A DNA stretch of 61,871 bases, taken from positions 1-61,871 of IMG/VR virus record IMGVR_UViG_3300042465_001631; one strand, written 5' to 3'. The first letter of the stretch is position 1, and each line of letters starts with the position of its first letter. The DNA comes from a virus. Taxonomy: Duplodnaviria; Caudoviricetes. The position numbers and the translations under genes are program-made. Below the pieces are notes generated by a model, which saw only the letters and a program-made list of their open reading frames with translations, was not told the origin of the DNA and made no database searches. This document shows, piece after piece, positions 30,585-41,286 of the stretch.

Positions 30585-30592
30585 CAAAGTTA
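30585..30592 (-). promoter_or_regulatory. -7 promoter element TAACTTTG
   Basis: TAnnTTTG upstream of scaffold. Confidence 0.55.
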
Positions 30593-30613
30593 ACTATTTA
30601 ATTTATATATTAT

Positions 30614-30886
30614 TTAGCAGTTCCACTTGTCTAATGCAAGTTTTTTTCTTGTAGGCTCACCATTAGGTTTCTTCATAGGTCCTGGCATTCCTGACATCCT
30701 AGCGCAGAAAGATTTTCTACGCATAGCGTCCTTACTTCCAGGTTTTAACTTAGAAGGTTTAGTTGTAACAGCTGTTTGAAGTTTACTTCCAGGATTTTCT
30801 TTTCTATAAGAAGCAACTCCTTTAGCATTTAAACCACCTGTTTTACTTTTTCCCTCGGCTCTTTGCCATGCTGCTGTTTTTGCCAT
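30614..30886 (-). CDS. Small basic conserved phage protein (DUF6321-like)
   Basis: GGLNAKG...RRKSFCARMSG...ALDKWNC. Confidence 0.65.
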   Translation of the reverse strand: MAKTAAWQRAEGKSKTGGLNAKGVASYRKENPGSKLQTAVTTKPSKLKPGSKDAMRRKSFCARMSGMPGPMKKPNGEPTRKKLALDKWNC

Positions 30887-30994
30887 TTATTTTACGTTCT
30901 TGTTTAAGCATCTCTACTGTTGGTTTTTTACCAGAGCCTTTATTTGCTCTAATATTATTCCACAATGAGTTTTCTACTCCTAATTTATTTATCA

Positions 30995-33430
30995 TTATCT
31001 TGGTCCGAATTGCGATAAGTCAAACGAATCTAAACTATCATTTGTAGATTCAAAATCTACTGGAGGTAAATTATTCTTACGTTGATCTATCAGTTTAGAT
31101 TGCTGTGTATTCTGCAAACTAACACGCTTATCCTTAGCCTCTTCCTTCATTTGTTCCTTAGACTTAGTATTTTGAACTTCAATTCCTTTTAGCTGCATAT
31201 TATAATTAAACTCAACCTCCATTAACTGTAACTTAGCTTGTACCTCTGACTGCATCTTTTGAATATCAAATGCTGATTCAGCTTGTTTAACTTGTAACTT
31301 AGCTTGTGTTTCAGCCTGTATCTGCTGCATAGCAACCTGAGCTGCCAACTGCTGTGATTGTTGCTGCATCTGACCCTGCATCTGCTGAGCCTCTTGAGCT
31401 TGCTTTTGCTTCTGTTCTTCTCTCTTCTTTCTCTTAAGTTTAAGAAGTTGATTAGCTAGTTTAAGATTCCTAACCTCTCTAATATCTATAGCATCTTCTA
31501 ATAATATAGAATCACGAGATAATGAGATTTGTATATTCTGTTCTAACTGAGCCTTCTCTTCTTCATCTGGAGATACCTCTATAAAAATACCAAAATCATA
31601 AATATATAAATCTTTAATATCTTCTAAAATACCGACACTATACTTACCGATCTGATTTATAAATTCTTCTTTAAAGTCAGAATACTCTAAAATATCAGCA
31701 ACTCTATAAGATATAGCCTCTGATAAAGATCGTGTTACATATAGACTTGATTCTAATATGTGTCTTGTAGCTGTGTTTGAATTTAAAGCCGCTAACTTTT
31801 GAACACCAACTAATGCATCTGGGTTAGGAGTAGATCCATCACGAGCCTCATTAAGACCAGTAACATCTCTAATCATACCCATATAGTGATTATAACTTCC
31901 AATTAAACTTTGTAGTTTTCCTTGACCGCTATTTGTACTTAATTCTTGTATTGGAATCCTTGCATTATTAAATTCACCATCTCCAGTATAGCTTCTACCA
32001 ATTACACTACCAGTTTGGAAGTATAATCTTAATGCATCTTCTGGATTATATGCAGCACCTGTTCCTAAATCAACCTCGTTAATACCATCAGCATCAATAA
32101 ATACCCCATCTGGTACAACTCTTGAAAGAACTTGTTGCATTTTAAGGTGAATGATCTGAATTAAATCAGCAAATGGAATCATTCTTTTTACTAATGATTC
32201 AATATTACCCTTATACATTCTTGGAGCAACTGCTACATAATTAGATATTGCATGTTGAGTAGCAGACTTAGGACGAACCATATTTTTAGATAGCTCCCAC
32301 TTCAACATAATTTGAGTACCAGCCACCATTATACCATCATACCAAACATCGATAGTTTTCTCAACCTTCTCGAAGTTACCTTCATCCATCATCTCTTGTG
32401 GTGGATTAAATGTATCATCTTTAGGTATCATCTTCTCAGAACCGTTCTCTAACTTCTTTTTCTTATAAACTATCTTCTTAGTGGTCTTATAATTAAAGTA
32501 TAATAATGTAGCCGTATCTTTACTAAACATACTATTATCATATACTTGAGCAGAGTTATAAAAGTTATTCCAAGACTGACCGTATTTAGATATTTCAGCT
32601 AAATCTTCATTTGTAAGTGTAGGATCTATTTTAACTAATTCGGTAATATGAACCGTCTTAACTTCTCCCCAATAGAAACAATCCTTAAAGTATGGATTTT
32701 CTGTATAACTATAGATTACATTTGCTGGATCTACATATTCAATCCTTACTCCGTCTCCTTGTAAGAACATGTGTTTAGCCATACCCACACCGATAGTAGC
32801 TATATCTAAGTCAATACTCTTACGAATATCATTATATTTATTATCGTCAAATATTGTATTAATTGCTTGTTCTTCAGCTATTTCAATTGCAGGCTTATAA
32901 TTAATCTGCATAAACAATGATAACTCATCATCTGTCTCTGGAAGTTCTTCTGGAGGAGTATCGAATGCATCAATTCCAAACTTATCTTTAACATTTAATA
33001 GTAAATCCTTAGCAGCCATGTCGGTCTGAACTGATTGTTGGAATCTATTTCGCTTATCAGTAGACATAGCATCTTGCGCATAAGCCTTTACCTTAAACAT
33101 TCTATCAGTCATTCCGTTAACTACAATATCAATAAACTTTGGTATAATAGGAACTGGAGTCCAGTCTAAATTTAAATGGCTTAAATCGCCATCAACAGAA
33201 AGTTCGTTCTTATACTTACCAATAGACTGTTCGCCTCTTGCATAAAGCCTTAGTTTATGAAAGTTTGCACGTTGGTCGTAAAACTTACATCCGTGACTAT
33301 CCTTTTTAAACCACTCATATTGAATTGCGGTCCCTATTTGCAAACCGTATTCAACAGATTCTTTTTCTTTATCTGTAGCGAATTGATTAGGAAAGCTGAC
33401 TTGAGGTGTGCTTATTTTTATATCTTTCAT
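30995..33430 (-). CDS. Portal protein
   Basis: 811 aa after terminase; LDWTPVPIIPKFIDIVVNG; Gln-rich C-terminal coiled-coil barrel. Confidence 0.85.
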   Translation of the reverse strand: MKDIKISTPQVSFPNQFATDKEKESVEYGLQIGTAIQYEWFKKDSHGCKFYDQRANFHKLRLYARGEQSIGKYKNELSVDGDLSHLNLDWTPVPIIPKFIDIVVNGMTDRMFKVKAYAQDAMSTDKRNRFQQSVQTDMAAKDLLLNVKDKFGIDAFDTPPEELPETDDELSLFMQINYKPAIEIAEEQAINTIFDDNKYNDIRKSIDLDIATIGVGMAKHMFLQGDGVRIEYVDPANVIYSYTENPYFKDCFYWGEVKTVHITELVKIDPTLTNEDLAEISKYGQSWNNFYNSAQVYDNSMFSKDTATLLYFNYKTTKKIVYKKKKLENGSEKMIPKDDTFNPPQEMMDEGNFEKVEKTIDVWYDGIMVAGTQIMLKWELSKNMVRPKSATQHAISNYVAVAPRMYKGNIESLVKRMIPFADLIQIIHLKMQQVLSRVVPDGVFIDADGINEVDLGTGAAYNPEDALRLYFQTGSVIGRSYTGDGEFNNARIPIQELSTNSGQGKLQSLIGSYNHYMGMIRDVTGLNEARDGSTPNPDALVGVQKLAALNSNTATRHILESSLYVTRSLSEAISYRVADILEYSDFKEEFINQIGKYSVGILEDIKDLYIYDFGIFIEVSPDEEEKAQLEQNIQISLSRDSILLEDAIDIREVRNLKLANQLLKLKRKKREEQKQKQAQEAQQMQGQMQQQSQQLAAQVAMQQIQAETQAKLQVKQAESAFDIQKMQSEVQAKLQLMEVEFNYNMQLKGIEVQNTKSKEQMKEEAKDKRVSLQNTQQSKLIDQRKNNLPPVDFESTNDSLDSFDLSQFGPR

Positions 33431-33434
33431 TTAT

Positions 33435-34109
33435 TTATATATGTTTCCACGTTTTTCTATTCAATATACTAGTTACATTAGATTTAGATATAGAATACAT
33501 TTCAGATAATTTTTTATGGCTATATTTATTATTTAAATATAAATTCCTTATCGATAAAACATCTTTATCATTTAATTTTGAAGAAGTATTACACTCTCCT
33601 CTTTTTGCTGATTTTATTTTATTATCCAAATGTTTAGCAGATATTTTTTTGCCATACATATGATTATTTACACCACTATTAGCTAAAGATATTTTATCTT
33701 TATGCTCTTGACTAAGAACCTTTCCTTTATGAAATAGAGATACCTTGTCTCTTTGTTCTTGACTAATGATTTTTCCCTTATTAGGAATACTCATTTTTAA
33801 TTTAGAATCGTCTGAATGAATTAAACCCAAACAGCCGTCTCCACCATTAGTTAAATTACATAAAGTTCCATTACTCAAATCTTTTCTTCCATGCAGACTT
33901 ATAAATTCAATTTCTTTTTGCTTTATAAGTTCATAGTCATCATTTTCAAATAATATTTCTACATCATATTCAGTTTTAGAAACTATATTTAACCAATGAG
34001 AATTTCTATTTTTATTTGAATTTGCTCTCGAATATGTTTCATCAGAACCTATCCCTATATAAAACGGAACATTTTTATCTAACCTAATATGTCTATATAA
34101 ATAAGCCAT
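33435..34109 (-). CDS. Free-standing GIY-YIG homing endonuclease with NUMOD3 repeats and C-terminal HTH
   Basis: YLYRH...FYIGIG, NLTNGGDG, HSDDSKLKMS / LSQEHKDKIS repeats. Confidence 0.8.
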   Translation of the reverse strand: MAYLYRHIRLDKNVPFYIGIGSDETYSRANSNKNRNSHWLNIVSKTEYDVEILFENDDYELIKQKEIEFISLHGRKDLSNGTLCNLTNGGDGCLGLIHSDDSKLKMSIPNKGKIISQEQRDKVSLFHKGKVLSQEHKDKISLANSGVNNHMYGKKISAKHLDNKIKSAKRGECNTSSKLNDKDVLSIRNLYLNNKYSHKKLSEMYSISKSNVTSILNRKTWKHI

Positions 34110-36362
34110 TTATCTTATTATTTCGCTACGTGTTCCGTTATTATTATACTTTGCAAAGTTAAAGATTATTTTCGATTCTTTTTTAACTTGCAGATAAACA
34201 TTCTTTTGGTTAGCCATTATAGCTAATCCTGAACTAATTGCAGCATCAAACTTAGTTCTATTGTTAATATCAAACTTAGCCCACTCTTCAATTGTTCTTG
34301 TAAAGTACATCGAGCCCATCTCATCGGAGTCTCTATACGTGCCCTCTAAATCAAGTCCTACATACTTCTCAATATAAGACTCAATTGCCGCTGCGTGAGA
34401 CTGCTTAACATCTTCAGATGAGTTAGGAATACCACCAAGCTCTTTCTCTGTCTTAGAAAGGTTAGTATAGTGCTTGTCTGGTCTATTCATAGAGAATCCT
34501 CTATAGCCTCTATTCTTAAAATGGTATAAAAGTCTTGGTTTGTTATTCTCAACTAAAATAGGCATTCCATAAAATATACACGCCATCAGTACTTCTTCAA
34601 AGAATATCTCTGCCGTCTGTGGTCTTGCAATATACTCTAAAAAGAATTGATTACTTGGTGCATTGTCCATATTAAACTTAGTAAGTCCATGGAGAGATCC
34701 GTTAGATCCGCCTCCACCAACAGTACCTGATATATCGTACGGATCACATCCAAATGCACCAATGTGGTCATTTCCTGGATGCTTCATTCCGTTCTTGTGT
34801 ATTACATTGTTCTGAAGATCCTTCTCAGGAATCCATGATACATTAAATCTACCTCTTGGATCTGGAGTCCAAACTACCTTAGTATCTTTCGCTCCATTTA
34901 ACCAACTAAAAGATCCTCGTGTAAGTACCCTATCTCTAATTAAAGAGTCATTATAGTCGATCTGCTGATAGATCTTTGTTAAATTGAATATTGATGACTT
35001 ACTCTCATCTCTGAAGGCGTGAGACTCTGTTCTTGAGAACTGTCTATAGAACTCATTAAGTGCATCAGCATCGTTCTTCAAGGATGCAACCTCATTCTCC
35101 CAGTAATCAATAGCACCGTTAGAAATCATCTGACCATCAATACCAAGTACTGGTTTCTCAGGCTTTCTAAATACTGGCATCCCATATCTATCAATATATC
35201 CCTCAAAGTTCCATTCCATTGGAATATAAAGAGAATACATACCAGATTTGGTTTGACCATTGGCGTTACGAGTTTTTACATTTGATTCTTCGTATAATTT
35301 TTTGAAGTTAGCACCTCCCTTTTCAAGTGCGTTAGGTGTTGAACCCATCATACACTTTCCGATAATTTTAGATCCTAACCTAAGACATGTCTTGGTTACA
35401 CGCCAGTTATTTAAAATATTATCGGGCTTGATCCATTTACCAGACTCGTCATGTACGAGAAGAAGTAATTTCTCACCATCATAGCTATTGTCCGCTGTAT
35501 TCTTCCAGTCGATTGTAGTATCAAGACCTTTTATATCAGAATTATTATCTGTACTTTCGTACATATTCTTCTTAGTAATCTTAGCCGCAGGAACTCTAAA
35601 TGCAAGTTCTGTCTTTGGCTTATCCATACCATCCTGAATAGGTTTAAAGAAGAACGGATAGTTATTTATAATTGGAACTACCTTGTTGGTAAACATTGTC
35701 TTAGCATCGTTACCAGTCTTTGATAATATTCCAAGTCTTGCATCCTTTGCAAGTGTTCCTGTATTAGATAGTTCATTTGAACCCATGAACGAGAATCCAG
35801 AACGTCTAATCTTTAAGTAAACCATTCCAAAGGAACGATTATCTGCCTTGCAAGCCTCCCAAAATATAAAGTATATTCTATTAGCCTCACGATAATCAGG
35901 TAGTCCAACATCTATCTTAGTCCACTGGAGGTACATATAATGAGATCCAGTGATGTACGTCTCTACTCCATTATTCATGAAGAAGAATCCGTGCTCTCTT
36001 CTGTCAAACTCTCCCTCTATATAATCAACCCACTCATCCTTAAAATTCTTAGGCATAGTGTGCCAGTTGAATATAGTCTTAATATTACTAAGTTCTTTAG
36101 GATATTCAGATGGTTCCCAGTACTGATTTTCTTTTTTATTGTCACGTTTATATACTAAATTTGTTACAGAAGGGAGTGCAACTAATAGCCCACTTATATT
36201 GTAAATATCACCGATAGTTCCATCCTTAGATATAACCACCATATCATACTTTTCGTTATAACCATACTCCCAGCCCTTGTTTTTGTTTTTATTAACAATA
36301 ACCGTCTTAGGAATGTGGTCGTGAACTATAGTATATAATTTATTTTGATCGTCGTTCTGCAA
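34110..36362 (-). CDS. terL: Terminase large subunit
   Basis: KIRRSGFS Walker A, LVHDESGK Walker B, GSTPN, GCDPYD nuclease, KFDAAIS. Confidence 0.9.
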   Translation of the reverse strand: MQNDDQNKLYTIVHDHIPKTVIVNKNKNKGWEYGYNEKYDMVVISKDGTIGDIYNISGLLVALPSVTNLVYKRDNKKENQYWEPSEYPKELSNIKTIFNWHTMPKNFKDEWVDYIEGEFDRREHGFFFMNNGVETYITGSHYMYLQWTKIDVGLPDYREANRIYFIFWEACKADNRSFGMVYLKIRRSGFSFMGSNELSNTGTLAKDARLGILSKTGNDAKTMFTNKVVPIINNYPFFFKPIQDGMDKPKTELAFRVPAAKITKKNMYESTDNNSDIKGLDTTIDWKNTADNSYDGEKLLLLVHDESGKWIKPDNILNNWRVTKTCLRLGSKIIGKCMMGSTPNALEKGGANFKKLYEESNVKTRNANGQTKSGMYSLYIPMEWNFEGYIDRYGMPVFRKPEKPVLGIDGQMISNGAIDYWENEVASLKNDADALNEFYRQFSRTESHAFRDESKSSIFNLTKIYQQIDYNDSLIRDRVLTRGSFSWLNGAKDTKVVWTPDPRGRFNVSWIPEKDLQNNVIHKNGMKHPGNDHIGAFGCDPYDISGTVGGGGSNGSLHGLTKFNMDNAPSNQFFLEYIARPQTAEIFFEEVLMACIFYGMPILVENNKPRLLYHFKNRGYRGFSMNRPDKHYTNLSKTEKELGGIPNSSEDVKQSHAAAIESYIEKYVGLDLEGTYRDSDEMGSMYFTRTIEEWAKFDINNRTKFDAAISSGLAIMANQKNVYLQVKKESKIIFNFAKYNNNGTRSEIIR

Positions 36363-36624
36363 ATCCTTGTACTTTAGGTTCAGTTTTTACACTGGTTACA
36401 GAATCGTCAATTAATTTTTCTTGCTCTAACTCTATTCTACTAAGAATATGAAAGGCATCTTCTACAGCTAAGCGTTTTGTTGATGCTGCATTCTTTAATT
36501 TATCAGATGAAAGATCGTCATCACCGCCTCTTATTATAGTATCCTCAGCAATTTTAATTAACTCTTCAACCGCTTTATAACCAGCAGCTATAATTTTATG
36601 TTTTAATTCTTTAGATTTATCCAT
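36340..36624 (-). CDS. Terminase small subunit (putative)
   Basis: Short helical ORF overlapping the terL start. Confidence 0.55.
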   Translation of the reverse strand: MDKSKELKHKIIAAGYKAVEELIKIAEDTIIRGGDDDLSSDKLKNAASTKRLAVEDAFHILSRIELEQEKLIDDSVTSVKTEPKVQGFAERRSK

Positions 36625-36657
36625 TACGCATAAATTAAATTACTAGGGTTTCTTTAT

Positions 36658-37224
36658 TTAATTCCATTTTAATGTAATATTTTTAGTAAGCATTCTATAC
36701 AGCTTCTCTTCATTTATATAAAATGGGTACTCACTATTTGGCTCAAACGAAATCTCATTTCCAATGCTTAGACCTAAATCTAGCAACTCTTGATTTATAT
36801 ATTCTATCGTACCAACTAATGGCTCCTCTAATGTATTCTTATATATTACAGAATCCTTAGATTTTATTGGTTTAATAAAGCAATATTTAGAGTGAGCACT
36901 CCATTTATTATTATGAAAATACATAAAGAACTGCTCGTCATCTACCATAAATAAATCATCTTTAAGATAACTAGCTCCGCTCTTTTCATTTCCTTTCATG
37001 TCATAATATAACTTGAATACGTTATGATGTACAAGTAGTAAATCACCGACTATTACATCTCCCTTATATCCAATAGGAGTAGATACTACTACACCTAATC
37101 TATTTGATACTGTATGATCCTCTTGAGATGTGCTTACAACTAAATCAATACCTCCTATTTTCTTAGTATTATTATATCGCTTACCATCTAATGGCTTTAC
37201 GATAAAGCAGTATGGAGATTTCAT
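36658..37224 (-). CDS. Tandem GroES-like co-chaperonin domain protein
   Basis: Two repeats of FIVKP/FIKP...G.V...V.VGD/L.IGN pattern. Confidence 0.5.
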   Translation of the reverse strand: MKSPYCFIVKPLDGKRYNNTKKIGGIDLVVSTSQEDHTVSNRLGVVVSTPIGYKGDVIVGDLLLVHHNVFKLYYDMKGNEKSGASYLKDDLFMVDDEQFFMYFHNNKWSAHSKYCFIKPIKSKDSVIYKNTLEEPLVGTIEYINQELLDLGLSIGNEISFEPNSEYPFYINEEKLYRMLTKNITLKWN

Positions 37225-37449
37225 TTAGAAATTTATATTGTACTCTACTGAAACTGGCATATTAGAGTTGAACTCCTTCCAAAGCAATACTTCATTAGAA
37301 TCGTTCTCTATCCATACCTTAATACTATCCTTTAACTCATCAAAAAATATAAGATGTATCTTATGAGAACCTCCAAGTACTTCTTGATCTTGAAGATAGC
37401 TCATAGCATTTTTATAGTCTGGTCCTATAGATATTTTACGAATATCCAT
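37225..37449 (-). CDS. Conserved hypothetical protein
   Basis: IRKISIGPDYKNAMSY. Confidence 0.6.
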   Translation of the reverse strand: MDIRKISIGPDYKNAMSYLQDQEVLGGSHKIHLIFFDELKDSIKVWIENDSNEVLLWKEFNSNMPVSVEYNINF

Positions 37450-37904
37450 TAGTTATATACTCTAATTTCAATCATAGTTCCTTGTAATCCGTCAACATAA
37501 GCATCATCTCCGTTAAACTGATACAATATAACTCCAGTAATACCATCTTTATTATTATATTTAATAGTCTGCCACAGTCCATCATCTGGTCTACAAGATA
37601 CTTGACAAAATGCTACTGTTTTATTACCAGTTAATAATGTTCCAGCGTTAGCTAAATATGTTCCAGATTCATCACGAGTCCAAGTAATTTCTCCAATATC
37701 ATTATATATAACTGTAGACGCTGGATCACTTATTCCAGATTGATTCAATAAACAAACATAAGACTTATATGGCAATGCTCCTAAAGCAATAACATCACTA
37801 ATCTTAAAATTCATTGTAACATCATTGTTCTCTACATCTGTACCAATTAATAAGTCGTCAATTGTAGGTACTGATATTTCTGGGTATAGACTAATTTTTG
37901 TCAT
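37449..37904 (-). CDS. Short fibre/decoration-like protein, paralog of 48869-49342
   Basis: Shared YK.Y..LL.QSG...IEIRVYN domain. Confidence 0.6.
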   Translation of the reverse strand: MTKISLYPEISVPTIDDLLIGTDVENNDVTMNFKISDVIALGALPYKSYVCLLNQSGISDPASTVIYNDIGEITWTRDESGTYLANAGTLLTGNKTVAFCQVSCRPDDGLWQTIKYNNKDGITGVILYQFNGDDAYVDGLQGTMIEIRVYN

Positions 37905-38136
37905 TTATCTCTCCTGTTTCTAAGTTAATACTAATATCGCCATACTTCTCTAGTAAATTAGTTTCAACATCTTTATATGATAAAGATATTTTTTCTAATT
38001 CAGAAAATATTACAGTCTTGTTGTTTTCTAATCGTTTGATTGAAATTTCATTATCTGCTAATGATGTTTTTAAAGAGTTAAACTTTAGGTTAGCCTCTTT
38101 CAATAATTCTAATTCTTCTGTAGTTACTGTTTTCAT
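37891..38136 (-). CDS. Small coiled-coil protein
   Basis: Ends KYGDISINLETGEI. Confidence 0.6.
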   Translation of the reverse strand: MKTVTTEELELLKEANLKFNSLKTSLADNEISIKRLENNKTVIFSELEKISLSYKDVETNLLEKYGDISINLETGEINDKN

Positions 38137-38152
38137 TTTATTAAATTTTTTA

Positions 38153-38166
38153 CAAAGATAGTAAAT
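38153..38166 (-). promoter_or_regulatory. -7 promoter element ATTTACTATCTTTG
   Basis: Same extended motif as 20059 and 43363. Confidence 0.55.
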
Positions 38167-38327
38167 TATTCTTTATTATAAAAAGTTCTACTTTCAAAAT
38201 CAAAATAAGGATTTTCAAAATATTCAGTTAATAATTCATCTATTGCAATTTCATTTTCTAATAAGTGTATTTCAACTATTGAAGCGTATAAAACTTTACC
38301 TGTAAATTTGTCTATTATTGTTAGCAT
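38166..38327 (-). CDS. Small protein after tail fibre (possible fibre chaperone, 53 aa, not in ORF track)
   Basis: MLTIIDKFTGKVLY...PYFDFESRTFYNKE; TAATG coupling. Confidence 0.5.
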   Translation of the reverse strand: MLTIIDKFTGKVLYASIVEIHLLENEIAIDELLTEYFENPYFDFESRTFYNKE

Positions 38328-40858
38328 TAGTTTGTTATATTTATTGATTCTTGATTTGCTATATCTGTAGATATAGTATTAGTTACTGCAAAAATTATAT
38401 ATTTGCTTTGTGTTAAATCATAAAGAACTGACTGCATTGCTGTTGTTACTGGAGAAGTTTCTGAAGTTGAAAACACGGATGGATAACCCCTTAAATTAGT
38501 ACCATTTAAAGAATAATGTCTTGTAAATAAGGTAAAAAATTGAGTAACAATAATTGGATTACTTGCAGCTATTATGGTCGCACCTGTTAAACTTTCTATT
38601 GAATTAATATAAATTCTTATAGTCATAGTGCCTGTTCCACTACGAGTAAACATTGATGGGTCAATTTTTAAAGTATCTCCAGCAACAAACGTATTTGCAG
38701 GAATTAAATAACTCGAAATCATAGTATTTACAACTGTTCCTGTTACTGTTTTTTGAACAGCATTTTTTACAATATTTTTAACGGAATTGTTTAATTGCGT
38801 TTGAATAGAACTTGTAGCTCCTTTTACATAACTTAATTCAGTTAATGAAGGATATGTTGCAGTATCTAATGACTGAACGTTTTTACTTGCGTCTAATGCC
38901 AATAACTGTGATGCAGTTAATGAACTTAATATTGGAGTAGTTGATAATGTCTTTGCTCCTGCTAATGTTTGCGCTTCTGTTGTTACTAATCCTCTTGCAG
39001 TTGCTGATGCAGACGGTAAATTGAATGTATGTGTTTCAAGCGCACTATCGATATTAAAATCTGTTCCTGAAGTTCCTACTGCTAAATATTGATTATTAGA
39101 AGTTAACCCATTAATCGCAGAAATTCCTGACGAAAAAGTAGTAATTATTTGGCACAAATGACCATCCTCAGTATGTAACGTAGCTGTTCTTCCACCTGAA
39201 TTATTAACTATATAAACCCTAACAGCTAATCTATCTGTTAATAACAATGTAGTTGTAGGTACTGCTAAAGATGATAAATATAAATCAAGCAGAGTACCCC
39301 CGCTTATTGTTTCAGGAGCTAAAGATCCATTTGCAATACTTGTAAATACAGCCCCGTCATATTTTAAAAGTTCAACGTAAAATTTAGGAGTCCCTCCGTT
39401 TGATGACATTGAAAAAAACATCTCAAAGTTCCAAGCACCTCCAGGTATCTCAAGTCTATTTGGATTACCTGCGTCTGTTAAAAATTGTGCAATTAATCCA
39501 TTACCTGTTAAACTAAAATCAGTACCCGTTCCAATTACCGCAGCGTTTGACATTTGCTTGTAAGTGGCAACTGACGCAGCAACTGAACCATTTAGATAAT
39601 AGAACACAGATGAACCTCCACCCCCACTTGTTGGAAAAGTCGCTAACTGTCCATCTCCTCTAATATATTGAGAAGCTGTTCCTGCTCCTGTTATTGCAAA
39701 TGTTCCTGATGTTGTAATAGAGCTCGGTGTAACACTAAATGCAGGAGGCACAGTAATACCTATAGACGTTACAGCCGTAGTTAGGTATGTATTTGTATCC
39801 AATGAAAATATTCCATCAGCGGTCATTTTTACAAATGGTGTTCCACTTAACCAAATTGGATAGTCTAATATTCCCCAAGTACCTATAGTTGGAATATCGT
39901 CGGTAGTTGCGATTGTATAAGTCCCTACGGATTTATTAGGAAACTCTAATACTACATTCGCTGTTATGTCGTTTACTCTTATAGAGCCAAAGTTATCGTT
40001 TTTATAAAAAGTAATCTTACCTCCTCCTAATCCAGGTTCTCCAGGACTTAAATTTACAGAACCAGTTTCAAGTAATTTACTCCAGTACAAGTTAACTCCA
40101 TAAGTATCAATATTACTATTCCTATTCTCACCTTCAAAATCTGTGGTTAAAAATATACCGTATCCAGCATAATCAGCTATATAATTTGTCTCAGTAGGAG
40201 AAACATATTCGTAGTAAGAGTTTAATGAAGTTAATGTATTAGTTAATGTGTAATCTGGAGTATAAGGATTAGTTAGAATTATACTTTCATCTGAAGTATT
40301 TCCCTCAGTAAGCACTTCATCTAACGTAGGTGTAGGTCCTCCTCCAGTAGATACGTCAATTAAAGATATTAAATAATCTCTATCTTCCTCTATTGATCCA
40401 TTACCAGTTATATATTCAAGTGTTACCTCAAAGAAATTAGGTTCTGGAATATACTCTTCTATACTCACTACAGAAAAATATCCAAACTTATTTACATCGC
40501 TTGATTTACTAATTAATACCTTTGTTCCTATTAAGAAATTAAGATACTCAGTAACATCATTACCTTTTAAAGTATACTTACTTAATAAAAATGTAGATAT
40601 ATTTGAAAAACTATACGGAGTACCAACCTGTGGATTAAATGTTATTGTACCAGGAAGTCTAGTATCTCCAATTTCAAGAATATCATACCTATATCGTATC
40701 GATGCTCCAATATCTATTACCTGATTCTCATTAAAGTATTCAGCTAACTTTGCAGGAGTAAAATTCTTTGTAGCATACTGATTCTGAGCATCAGATCCAA
40801 TCCACTTATCATTTCCAGCTACCTTCTCATCAATCTTGTATATACTTATTTTTGTCAT
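38327..40858 (-). CDS. Tail fibre / receptor-binding protein
   Basis: Thr/Gly-rich modular sequence: PTLDEVLTEGN, GTASQYIRGDG, ATARGLVT, ELSYVKGATSSIQTQLN. Confidence 0.75.
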   Translation of the reverse strand: MTKISIYKIDEKVAGNDKWIGSDAQNQYATKNFTPAKLAEYFNENQVIDIGASIRYRYDILEIGDTRLPGTITFNPQVGTPYSFSNISTFLLSKYTLKGNDVTEYLNFLIGTKVLISKSSDVNKFGYFSVVSIEEYIPEPNFFEVTLEYITGNGSIEEDRDYLISLIDVSTGGGPTPTLDEVLTEGNTSDESIILTNPYTPDYTLTNTLTSLNSYYEYVSPTETNYIADYAGYGIFLTTDFEGENRNSNIDTYGVNLYWSKLLETGSVNLSPGEPGLGGGKITFYKNDNFGSIRVNDITANVVLEFPNKSVGTYTIATTDDIPTIGTWGILDYPIWLSGTPFVKMTADGIFSLDTNTYLTTAVTSIGITVPPAFSVTPSSITTSGTFAITGAGTASQYIRGDGQLATFPTSGGGGSSVFYYLNGSVAASVATYKQMSNAAVIGTGTDFSLTGNGLIAQFLTDAGNPNRLEIPGGAWNFEMFFSMSSNGGTPKFYVELLKYDGAVFTSIANGSLAPETISGGTLLDLYLSSLAVPTTTLLLTDRLAVRVYIVNNSGGRTATLHTEDGHLCQIITTFSSGISAINGLTSNNQYLAVGTSGTDFNIDSALETHTFNLPSASATARGLVTTEAQTLAGAKTLSTTPILSSLTASQLLALDASKNVQSLDTATYPSLTELSYVKGATSSIQTQLNNSVKNIVKNAVQKTVTGTVVNTMISSYLIPANTFVAGDTLKIDPSMFTRSGTGTMTIRIYINSIESLTGATIIAASNPIIVTQFFTLFTRHYSLNGTNLRGYPSVFSTSETSPVTTAMQSVLYDLTQSKYIIFAVTNTISTDIANQESINITN

Positions 40859-41286
40859 TTGAATTTATATATGATATACGCTGGTATTATTAGTAAAAGT
40901 AACCACCACCAATTAAAACCTGATTTACGTTCAGTTTCTTTTACCTCCTTTATAGCCTCGATTTTTTCAGTAGTCTTTTTTATGCTTAAATCAGACGTTG
41001 TTTTATCTGAAACTATACTAGTATTGACTTTTCTTTTTTTGTGGCTAATTTTAGCGTTTAGATAGCTCTTTCCATCTATAACCATGGGCTTGATACTATC
41101 GATTGGCTCTATACAAATCTCATCAGTGCTATCTATAACTTTTATAGCTACATTTTCTTTAGTCTGTACGTTATTTTGTACGTCTTCTACACGTGTCTGT
41201 TTTATCTCTTCTGTAGACTTATTAACCTTACGAGTGGCACACGATGTTATTATTACTATGCTAACTAAAATATATAATGCTTTCAT
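40855..41286 (-). CDS. Spanin-like lipoprotein
   Basis: Lipobox ITSC and C-terminal TM (WWWLLLLII), next to endolysin. Confidence 0.65.
   Translation of the reverse strand: MKALYILVSIVIITSCATRKVNKSTEEIKQTRVEDVQNNVQTKENVAIKVIDSTDEICIEPIDSIKPMVIDGKSYLNAKISHKKRKVNTSIVSDKTTSDLSIKKTTEKIEAIKEVKETERKSGFNWWWLLLLIIPAYIIYKFK

Noticed and set aside
33435-34109. Group I intron splitting terminase or portal
   Set aside because: Both flanking genes look complete and abut the endonuclease ORF with 0-4 nt gaps, leaving no room for a ribozyme core.
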